DNA of 64,000 nt from a bacterium. Its GTDB lineage: Bacteria; Fibrobacterota; Fibrobacteria; UBA11236. Shown here one piece after another: positions 17,969 to 25,501 of this stretch (position 1 is the stretch's first letter; every line of letters begins with the position of its first letter). A program made the translations under genes and the position numbers. The notes under the pieces are model-generated. The model was not told the origin of the DNA. It ran no database searches and saw only the letters and a program-made list of their open reading frames with translations. The stretch lies in assembly GCA_900299345.1 (NCBI GenBank), contig OMJM01000031.1, forward strand, positions 14,788-78,787. The letters are read 5' to 3'.

Positions 17969-19630
17969 TTAATTCCTTTCGTCGCCGGAGATGAACCATT
18001 CGTTCACGAAGGTGAAGAAGCGGTAAGGGTGAACTATCACTTTCTGGACCTTGTTGGCGATGGCGGCATTCTTCTCCAGCGTCCAGAGGAAAGTGTAGGG
18101 GCTTTCCTCGGCGAGAATCTCATGCAATTGGTAGTTCAGGCGACGGCGCACCTCGTGATTGATGGTCCGCGAAAATACATCCAGCAGGCTGTCCACCTTT
18201 GGATTCTTGTAAGAGATAAAATTGTCCCCGAATGGCGGCTTGCTGTTGGCTGAATGGAACAGTGAAGAGATATCCGAGGAATTATCGAAAAGCCATTCCG
18301 CGAATACAATGTCGAAGTCATGCTTGCCCTTGACCTCTTCCTTCCACTTCTGATACTCGCGCTGCTCAATTTCAATGTCAATGCCAACGGCCTTGAGATA
18401 GTGCTTGAACCGAAGGCATACCGACAAACCGCCCTCATTGCCGCTGTAAATTGGGATCTTCAGTCTGAACTTAAGCGGCTTGCCCTTGTAGTCCAGAACC
18501 TTGTCGCCATCATTATCGCGAATGCCCGCCTTTTCCAGCAACTGCTTCGCCTTGACCGGATCATAAGGCTTGACCGGAACGTCGGGATTATAGCCCCAAG
18601 ATGCCGGGGAGAACGGACCGGAGATCAATTCACCTTTGCCGAAATAAATGTCCTCCAGCATCTTGGCACGATCCAGCGCAAGCGTAAACGCCTGACGGAC
18701 TTCCTTGATGTTGAGAACGGGATTGTCGCAGTTGTAGCCAAAAAAGGCGAAGGCCAGCGAGTTGTAAGGAATCACCTGGAATTTTCCGGCATTGGCGATC
18801 TCCGCAACCTTTCCGGGTGGAACCTCCACGACCAGATCTGCAGCATTCAACAGCAGGCTCTGCATCAACAGTGTCACTTCTGGTTGGTAAACCATCTTGA
18901 TGTCGGAAATGTTGGCGGACCCGCCATAGTGATCCTTGAAGGCGGACAGCATCACATCGTGATTCTTGCTCTCCCGATCGAACTTGTAATATCCTGTTCC
19001 AATGGGATTCTTGCTGAACTTGTCGAACTTCGAAAGTGCCGTCTTGCCTTCGAAGGCATGCTCCGGGAGGATCTTGAAGAGGAAACGACGTTCCGGTTCA
19101 GCCACGCTGGAGGCGAAATCGAACGTGATGACATTGTCACCGCGCACGGTGACACTCTTGATGACGGACAGCGCCTGGCGGGTTTCGGGGCGTACATCGG
19201 ACATCTGATCCATGATGGCGTCGTAAGTGAATTTGACGTCGCTGGCGGTGAACGGCACGCCATCGTGCCACTTCACGTCCTTGCGCAGATAAAAGGTGAT
19301 GCGCTGGTTGCCGTTGAAAGTGTTCCACTTCTCGGCAAGCCGCCCCTTGACTTCACCCTTGTAATCAATGAACACCAGCGACTCGAACAGGAGCTCGGAA
19401 AGACGCAGGGAGGTTTCATTATCAGACGTGGTGATGGGATTGTACGTGTCGGGAAGAATCGGCTCGGCGTAGGTGAGCTGACCGCCGCGTGGAGCGGCCC
19501 ACGACTGCCACGCCAGCAAGGTCGAGGCGGCCATCGCCACCGCAACGCGTGATATGCGCCGGGATTGTGGTGCTGCAAAGTTCATGTCTCGTCCGCCTTC
19601 CCTTTTCTGGGTTTTAACACTGAATCTCAT
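17969..19630 (-). CDS. ABC transporter substrate-binding protein, family 5 (DppA/OppA-like)
   Basis: 553 aa, signal peptide, SBP_bac_5-like sequence throughout; ATG 19630 overlaps TGA of upstream TPR gene (ATGA); alternative start MNFAAP at 19585. Confidence 0.85.
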   Translation of the reverse strand: MRFSVKTQKREGGRDMNFAAPQSRRISRVAVAMAASTLLAWQSWAAPRGGQLTYAEPILPDTYNPITTSDNETSLRLSELLFESLVFIDYKGEVKGRLAEKWNTFNGNQRITFYLRKDVKWHDGVPFTASDVKFTYDAIMDQMSDVRPETRQALSVIKSVTVRGDNVITFDFASSVAEPERRFLFKILPEHAFEGKTALSKFDKFSKNPIGTGYYKFDRESKNHDVMLSAFKDHYGGSANISDIKMVYQPEVTLLMQSLLLNAADLVVEVPPGKVAEIANAGKFQVIPYNSLAFAFFGYNCDNPVLNIKEVRQAFTLALDRAKMLEDIYFGKGELISGPFSPASWGYNPDVPVKPYDPVKAKQLLEKAGIRDNDGDKVLDYKGKPLKFRLKIPIYSGNEGGLSVCLRFKHYLKAVGIDIEIEQREYQKWKEEVKGKHDFDIVFAEWLFDNSSDISSLFHSANSKPPFGDNFISYKNPKVDSLLDVFSRTINHEVRRRLNYQLHEILAEESPYTFLWTLEKNAAIANKVQKVIVHPYRFFTFVNEWFISGDERN

Positions 19631-21045
19631 CCGCCCTTGCGAAAAATTTTCTGTGACTCATAGTTGCGTGCCTGCGACGCTGAAACCCCCTGCATGGCAT
19701 AATGGATCTGCCGGCACGCCGGAATCTCCTTCTGCAAATGGTACAGGGTTTCGACAATCTCCTCGTAGCGCATCTTGCTGGTCAAAAAAATGGCGTGGGC
19801 GTAATCCACCATGTATTCGGGATCAATTTCATCGATCCGGTTGCGAAACTCGATTTTGTATCCCTTGGCGTATTCCTGAAGCGCGGCATCATTCTGCCCC
19901 GAGGCGAGCAGCAAGGCGGCGAAAATGCGGAAATAACTCGCTCCATCCTTGTCCTTCAGGGCCTGCGATGCCAGCTTGAGCCCTTTTTGAAAATCAATGG
20001 CAAGAAAGTAATAACTCTCTGCGATTTCTCTCAAAATAACGGGATTTTTCTCATCTTTTGCCGCCCCTTCCAAAAGAGGTCGCGCTTCGGAAAGCTTGCC
20101 TTGTTTCCCCAAAATCCGGGCGCGCAACAGCCTGCCTTCAGTGTCGTTAGGCTGCCCCAGATATTGCAAGGCGTCTGCGTATTGACCCCGCCAGAGACAG
20201 GTTTCCGACAGGCTCGACGGAGTTTCGAATTTACGGGCCAATTCCGGAAACCTCTTTTCCTCTTTCAGTAATTGCATCTGCCGCCACTGGGACAAGGCGA
20301 AATAACCACGCTGCAATGTTTCCAGAAGAAAGGGATCATAAAAGTCTATCTGGGTGTTTTTACCCGGATCTTGAATCGTTTCAGGATCGCCGGCATCGTG
20401 CAGCACCGCCTGTAAGGCCGCGTACGTTTCATTGACGAGAGGAATCGTTGAGCGCGACAGAATGGACAATCGGCATCGGCGTGCACGGGGGGAATAGGCT
20501 TTCAATCCCGCCGGAATGCCTGAAGGCTCTCCCCCAGATAGATCCAGCACCTGCCACTGCGCAGCATTGGATTTGGGTTGCAGTGCGGGGTTGGCGCTTT
20601 TTTTCTTTCGGGCCGTCGCATAACCGAGAAAAACATCATTCTCTTCGGGAACCTTGTCTCCACCGAGCTTTCGGGCCTTTTCAAAACAGACAATGGCACT
20701 GTCCCAACGACCCCCCTGGTAATGAAGTTGTCCTAGATAGTACAGCGATAATGCCGACTTCTGTTCCGCCAGAATCCCTTTGTAGTATGTGCTCGCCACC
20801 GCGGAGGAAAAAGGCTGCAGACGGGAATAAAGCCGCCCGAGTTGATGATAAGACATCGACAATCCCTTGAGGGACCGCACGCCTTTCTCATCCAGGACAG
20901 CACCATGTACTTCTTTTTCCCATATGGCGGCTGCAGCCTCGTAGCGATGACGCCGGAACAAATCGACTGGATCCTCACCAGCACCCGCAAGCGCTGGAAG
21001 TGACATCAGGCAGAACAACACCAACAAGAAATTATCGCGTCGCAT
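19627..21045 (-). CDS. secreted tetratricopeptide-repeat protein
   Basis: Signal peptide MRRDNFLLVLFCLMSLPALAGA; multiple TPR-like helical pairs (..AIDFQKGLKLASQAL.., ..YYLGQLHYQGGRWDSAI..). Confidence 0.65.
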   Translation of the reverse strand: MRRDNFLLVLFCLMSLPALAGAGEDPVDLFRRHRYEAAAAIWEKEVHGAVLDEKGVRSLKGLSMSYHQLGRLYSRLQPFSSAVASTYYKGILAEQKSALSLYYLGQLHYQGGRWDSAIVCFEKARKLGGDKVPEENDVFLGYATARKKKSANPALQPKSNAAQWQVLDLSGGEPSGIPAGLKAYSPRARRCRLSILSRSTIPLVNETYAALQAVLHDAGDPETIQDPGKNTQIDFYDPFLLETLQRGYFALSQWRQMQLLKEEKRFPELARKFETPSSLSETCLWRGQYADALQYLGQPNDTEGRLLRARILGKQGKLSEARPLLEGAAKDEKNPVILREIAESYYFLAIDFQKGLKLASQALKDKDGASYFRIFAALLLASGQNDAALQEYAKGYKIEFRNRIDEIDPEYMVDYAHAIFLTSKMRYEEIVETLYHLQKEIPACRQIHYAMQGVSASQARNYESQKIFRKGG

Positions 21046-22345
21046 CCGGCACCGCTCCACGGAACAGGTCGTAGTCTTCCGCCGATGTCTTGCGGCCATT
21101 CAGGCGCACATCGTCGCCAATCAATACAGATGCGAAGATCTTATAATCCGCGTCCGACTCCCCCGCAAACACCACAACCGGATCGTTGGGGAGACAATCC
21201 ACATCCCGATGAATGCTTGAGGAGGTGCTTACCGTGGAGCGAAGATAGGTCGAATCATAAAGCCACTTCTGAAGGTTGACGACCTCGAGGGGGTTAAACC
21301 GCACCGATTCGCGTTTGGGGTAAATCAAAGCGCGGGAACCGGGAAGCCACGCCGGTCCTCCGTAAGAGTTGGGGTAGACGTTCTCCGCAATCTTCGGTCC
21401 GTTGCCTTGAAGATCCGCAACTTCAACAAGATGCGCAGCCGAGTCAATCTTCAACTGCATCACGCCCAAATCCACCACGCGATCGTTGAGATCATTGGAA
21501 ATCTGGTAGGCCAGAAAATGTCCGTCGAAGGACCAGGATGGATGACTCTTGTTGTTGGGTACCTGATTGTTGAAAATGGAGATCTTTCGATCCAATTTGA
21601 AATCCATAAGCGCAATAGTGAACAGCCCGCGCTTGCGCGAACCGCTGGTGCGCATCGTGAAGGCGAGAAATCTTCCATCCGGCGAAAATGCGGGCAACAT
21701 CTCCTCACCGGGTGAATTGGTCAAGCGCTGAAAGGCACCACGCGGTTCCTGCTTCAACGGTTTGCCGTAAAAATCCAAGACACCCGGAACCAGGTAAAGA
21801 TCCCCTCCTCCGGAGCGTGCAGACACGAATACAAGCCCGTTGCCATCGGGTGTCCAGCGGGGAGAGTCATCCACTTCCGGATCGTAGGTGAGACGCGTGT
21901 AGGTCGCGCAGCCGACACAGCCAAGGTAAATGTCGTGATTGTTCACGCCTCCCGCACTGACGAAAGCGAAATACTGCTTGCCATCGTGCAACACAGGACA
22001 CCACTCCAACTCATCTTCGTAACCCTTGAAAAAATTGTCCTGCTCCTCGTCTTCTGCATTGACATCTTCAATTTGGGTGGAAGTGCGCCGCGGTGTGATC
22101 TGTTCCAATCCCTTGTCGCGCGCATCGTAGAGCCACAACTGGCGATTGTCGCGCACCTGACGGACGAAGGCCACATAATTCAGCCGATTGGGACATATCT
22201 TGGGGTGAAACAATTGGCCGCTGATTTTGGGATTATCGCTGGAAACGACCACCACTGTTTTCTGAACGTAAATGGTGCGTTGTGCCATCACCGTCGGCGA
22301 TGTCACAACCAGCAACCACAAAATGATCAGACGGACAAAACGCAC
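21032..22345 (-). CDS. TolB-like periplasmic beta-propeller protein (PD40/WD40-like repeats)
   Basis: Signal peptide MRFVRLIILWLLVVTSPTVMA; repeated PD40 motifs (DDSPRWTPDGNGLVFVS, PAFSPDGRFLAFT, HPSWSFDGHFLAY). Confidence 0.8.
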   Translation of the reverse strand: MRFVRLIILWLLVVTSPTVMAQRTIYVQKTVVVVSSDNPKISGQLFHPKICPNRLNYVAFVRQVRDNRQLWLYDARDKGLEQITPRRTSTQIEDVNAEDEEQDNFFKGYEDELEWCPVLHDGKQYFAFVSAGGVNNHDIYLGCVGCATYTRLTYDPEVDDSPRWTPDGNGLVFVSARSGGGDLYLVPGVLDFYGKPLKQEPRGAFQRLTNSPGEEMLPAFSPDGRFLAFTMRTSGSRKRGLFTIALMDFKLDRKISIFNNQVPNNKSHPSWSFDGHFLAYQISNDLNDRVVDLGVMQLKIDSAAHLVEVADLQGNGPKIAENVYPNSYGGPAWLPGSRALIYPKRESVRFNPLEVVNLQKWLYDSTYLRSTVSTSSSIHRDVDCLPNDPVVVFAGESDADYKIFASVLIGDDVRLNGRKTSAEDYDLFRGAVPDATR

Positions 22346-22368
22346 CGCCGTCCTCCCCCGCTCTGGAG

Positions 22369-23634
22369 TTACATCGCCGATAGGCTCTTAAGGTAGTCGT
22401 CGGCGCGACGGTTCTCGGCACGGTACTTGGCATTCTTGCCGAACCAAGTCTGGTAATCCTTCCAGCGCATCACGGCCTGTTGCTGGTAATACGCCTGTTT
22501 GTCGGCATCACTGGAGGTTTTATACATGCGCGTCCATGCCAGCGCCCAGAAATATTTCGTGCGCTGCATCACATCGTCGTACAGAGAGGGATCGATATAA
22601 CCTTGATCGCGGATCACAGCTTCGAAGGCCTTGTTGGCCTTGAAGTACTGTTTCAGCTCCACATAGCAAATGCCCAGATTCATGTTGGCCAAGGGGTAGT
22701 ACTTCTCGTATTCCGTCACGGTGAGAAACGCCTTGAGCGCGTCCGAGGCCCGATCAGAATGAAGCAAGGAGAGTCCGAGGATGAAATTTCCCTCCACGTA
22801 CTGATCGCGTACCGGATTGCCGCGTTGTTTGGTCGAGGGCTTGGGAAGCTGCGCCAGCAACTGACTGGCGTTCGCGTAATCCTGTTTTTGATAGGCGTCC
22901 ATTCCCTTCTTGAAAGCATCTGAGGCTACGGGCGAGGCCGCCGCAGCTTCTCCCGGAGCTTCCGCCGCCTTGGGCAACGAATTCATGGCCAGCTTGCTCT
23001 CATCCGAAAGCGAAGTGTTTTCCGGCATGGGTTGATCTTCCATCGTGAAATTTTTCGCGGGAGAAGAAGGAGCCACAGGAACAGGCGCGGGTGCCGGTGT
23101 TGGAGCTGCCGGAGCCACGGGCTTGGCTTCAACAGGTTTGGGAGTGGCGGCAACGGGTTGTGGAGGAGGAACAACCACCTTGGGTTCCGGTTCCGGAGCT
23201 GGCGCCACAGGAGCGGGCGTTTCGGGCGTGACAGGCTTGGAAGCAACGGGTTTTGGAGCTTCCACAGGTTGAACAGGTTTCGGAGCGGGAGCCGCGGCAA
23301 CGGGTTCCGGTTTGGCCTTAACGGGCTTTGACTCTTCGGGTGTCGCTGCCATGGTTGTTTGTGGCTTTGCAGCCGCTGGTGCCGAAGGATTTGCAATCGG
23401 TTTGGCGGGGGCCTCCGCAACCGTGGTTTCAGGAGATGCCGAAGCGGGTGGTGCCGCCGGCGCAGCCTCTGTCGTCGTATCCGGCATGGCAGCCGTTTCC
23501 GGGGCTTTGCCTCCGCTGCGTGATTTCCAGATCAACAAGCCAATGAGAAGAACCGCCAGGATCACCAACCAGAGGACGAGTTTCCCCTTTCCTTTGGGTT
23601 GTTCAAGCTGGATTTGTGTCGAGTCGTTCATGGT
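22369..23634 (-). CDS. membrane-anchored protein: N-terminal TM, long Pro/Ala/Lys-rich linker, C-terminal TPR-like domain (TolA/CpoB/TonB-like architecture)
   Basis: Start at MNDST (23634); TM LVLWLVILAVLLIGLLIW; about 200 aa of PAP/PKP/PVA repeats; C-terminal helical TPR-like region; no clear TonB C-terminal motif. Confidence 0.55.
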   Translation of the reverse strand, partial: TMNDSTQIQLEQPKGKGKLVLWLVILAVLLIGLLIWKSRSGGKAPETAAMPDTTTEAAPAAPPASASPETTVAEAPAKPIANPSAPAAAKPQTTMAATPEESKPVKAKPEPVAAAPAPKPVQPVEAPKPVASKPVTPETPAPVAPAPEPEPKVVVPPPQPVAATPKPVEAKPVAPAAPTPAPAPVPVAPSSPAKNFTMEDQPMPENTSLSDESKLAMNSLPKAAEAPGEAAAASPVASDAFKKGMDAYQKQDYANASQLLAQLPKPSTKQRGNPVRDQYVEGNFILGLSLLHSDRASDALKAFLTVTEYEKYYPLANMNLGICYVELKQYFKANKAFEAVIRDQGYIDPSLYDDVMQRTKYFWALAWTRMYKTSSDADKQAYYQQQAVMRWKDYQTWFGKNAKYRAENRRADDYLKSLSAM

Positions 23635-23645
23635 TGTTCCTTGTT

Positions 23646-24716
23646 TTATTTCTTGAGCCCTTCCACCCACAATATCATCAAACCTCCGCCCACGCACAGC
23701 ACACCAAGCGAAATCCAAAGGGGCAGATTGGTCCGGCCGCCGGAAGATGCGGATTTTAACGTCGAAACCACCGGATGTCTCGCATCTTCTTTGGCTCTTT
23801 CCCGTTCCTTGCCTTCCAGTTCTGAAAAGAAAGCTTGCTCGTACTCCAGTACCTTGTCAAAACCGGGAGAAGGTTTGGGAGGAAATTCCAGTACCGCCGC
23901 TTTTTTCTGTATGTCGTACATGGCGAGACGGGAGGAATAATTCCCTCCTTCGCGGGAAACGCGCACGTAAATGACTCCGGAGACATCCAACCGTTCCCCC
24001 AATCCAATCATGTTCTGAGGAGAAGGAGGCATCGAATACTTATTGATGCCCAGCGCCGAGAGCAACTCGGATAGCTCCGAAGCACTGATGGGCTGATAGC
24101 GTACCAACCCATTGACATGGGTGATGACCTGTTCCGAAAAAACCCGCGCTGGATAGGCATTTTCGCTGACGTCTATCAAAGCGAGACTTCGGCGCTGGCC
24201 CGCTGGTTGCAACAGCAACTTTTCTTTTTTCGCAGAGCGAACAAGACCATCCACCACACCCGTCCATGCACTGACTCCGCCTGGAACTGCGCCGGAAACT
24301 TCTCCGACCCAATTCCATGCAATGCGTCCCTCCGGGACGTAGAGCAGTTTGAGTGTCACTGCATAACGCATGTTTTCAATGGGCGAATAAGTCCCATACA
24401 GAACGAATCCGGCCTGCAAATAGCCTCCCGCATCAAAGCTGCATTGGGGATTGTTGCAGGTTTGATTTGCCGGAACACCGAACTCCGCAAGCTTCTTCAC
24501 CATTTCAGCCTTCGGAACAATCTTGAATCCGCCGTGCTCGACGAGGTTTTGTCTCAGGTTTTCGGAAGGTTCGGAGACGGTTTGATTGCCTCCCAATTCC
24601 ACCAAATCCAGAACTGCCATCGAGTTTGAAAAAATGTCCTGATTGGCGGGTAGTGCCCTGCCGAGGGAGTAGGCGATGAATCCGAGAAACACTCCCGCAG
24701 TGGGACGGAAAATCAT
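23646..24716 (-). CDS. hypothetical envelope protein with two tandem TolB-N/LpoB/CsgG-like alpha-beta domains and C-terminal TM anchor
   Basis: Internal repeat: MAVLDLVELGG...GGYLQAGFVLYGTY....YAVTLKLLYVPEGRIAW vs LALIDVSENAY...LDVSGVIYVRVS....LAMYDIQ; C-terminal TM LPLWISLGVLCVGGGLMILWV; family assignment tentative. Confidence 0.4.
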   Translation of the reverse strand: MIFRPTAGVFLGFIAYSLGRALPANQDIFSNSMAVLDLVELGGNQTVSEPSENLRQNLVEHGGFKIVPKAEMVKKLAEFGVPANQTCNNPQCSFDAGGYLQAGFVLYGTYSPIENMRYAVTLKLLYVPEGRIAWNWVGEVSGAVPGGVSAWTGVVDGLVRSAKKEKLLLQPAGQRRSLALIDVSENAYPARVFSEQVITHVNGLVRYQPISASELSELLSALGINKYSMPPSPQNMIGLGERLDVSGVIYVRVSREGGNYSSRLAMYDIQKKAAVLEFPPKPSPGFDKVLEYEQAFFSELEGKERERAKEDARHPVVSTLKSASSGGRTNLPLWISLGVLCVGGGLMILWVEGLKK

Positions 24717-24824
24717 GGTGAAGAAAGCGAGCCCTCTTTTTCTTCAGCAAAGTAACAATCTCCCCCATTATGGCCGGAATTCCCTGTAAAAACACATCTG
24801 GATTGCTACCATTGCCCCCTGCGC

Positions 24825-24899
24825 GGCGACATACCCAAGTGGTAAGGGAGAGCTCTGCAAAAGCTTCATTCAGCGGTTCGAATCCGCTTGTCGCCTCCA
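24825..24899 (+). tRNA. tRNA-Cys (anticodon GCA)
   Basis: Cloverleaf by eye: acceptor GGCGACA/TGTCGCC, D-arm CCCA-AGTGGTA-AGGG, anticodon stem GAGCT/AGCTT with loop CTGCAAA (GCA), variable CATTC, T-arm AGCGG-TTCGAAT-CCGCT, discriminator T + CCA; 75 nt; lies on the opposite strand inside a 194-nt gap of the minus-strand gene array. Confidence 0.8.
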
Positions 24900-24910
24900 C
24901 TTCCCCGTCT

Positions 24911-25492
24911 TTATTCCCCCTTGAGATCGACAAAAAGTTCCGCTGTTTTCTCCCCGAAAATCATAACGTTATATTCCTTGCTACGCTTCCCATCCACGAT
25001 GCGTATCGCCCGGGATCCCGACCGAATGTTATTGATGGTCAAGGGCGCCCCTTGGGTACTCCCCACATCCAAGCTGTCGATGTAAACGATGCAATTGCAT
25101 TTGATGGGATCCGTGGTGATCTTCAGGCTGCCGTATGGCATCACCAAACCTTTTTCAATGACCGTTGTCGAATCGGGCCAAATATTGACCCTTTGCCGGA
25201 TTAACTCTTCGCCGTTGAGAATCACCGTCAGCGTGTGCCTTCCCGTTTGGAAAGGCGTGTCAATGGGAGTTACCCCCAGATTTTCTCCCCCGAGATACGC
25301 CGTGGCGTTAGGTGGATTGGTGGCGATGTGGATTCTTCCTTGTTTCCCTCGTGGTGGAACAGAATCTCCATCCTGGGCAAGAACAACAACCAACGCCAAT
25401 CCGGATATGAACAACATCTTCCGAACCCAGCGACCAACGGGCATTCCCACGGGAACCTCCTTTGCCGGTATGCTTCTTCCTTTAATATGCAC
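24911..25492 (-). CDS. secreted PEGA-domain protein (two PEGA-like domains)
   Basis: Signal/TM MLFISGLALVVVLA; IHIATNPPNATAYLGGENLGVTPI and LKITTDPIKCNCIVYIDSLDVGST match the PEGA pattern (..s.P.gA.v.ldG...G.TP..). Confidence 0.6.
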   Translation of the reverse strand: MHIKGRSIPAKEVPVGMPVGRWVRKMLFISGLALVVVLAQDGDSVPPRGKQGRIHIATNPPNATAYLGGENLGVTPIDTPFQTGRHTLTVILNGEELIRQRVNIWPDSTTVIEKGLVMPYGSLKITTDPIKCNCIVYIDSLDVGSTQGAPLTINNIRSGSRAIRIVDGKRSKEYNVMIFGEKTAELFVDLKGE

Positions 25493-25501
25493 TGAAATCG
25501 A

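Noticed and set aside
17351-19552. Plus-strand ORFs 17351..17917 (188 aa) and 18320..19552 (410 aa) antisense to the ABC lipoprotein/SBP genes
   Set aside because: Antisense to genes with strong family-level similarity; no independent support.
22369-23634. Considered calling the TM/Pro-rich/TPR protein TonB
   Set aside because: The Pro-rich linker is TonB-like, but the 200-aa C-terminus is helical/TPR-like rather than the compact TonB C-terminal domain, and no ExbB/ExbD genes are adjacent; left as an architecture description.
22983-23656. Several Gly/Ala/Thr-rich or Arg/Pro-rich ORFs (23032..23331, 23045..23272, 23312..23656, 22983..23420)
   Set aside because: They are alternative-frame or reverse-complement readings of the Pro/Ala-rich linker of 22369..23634; a low-complexity artefact.
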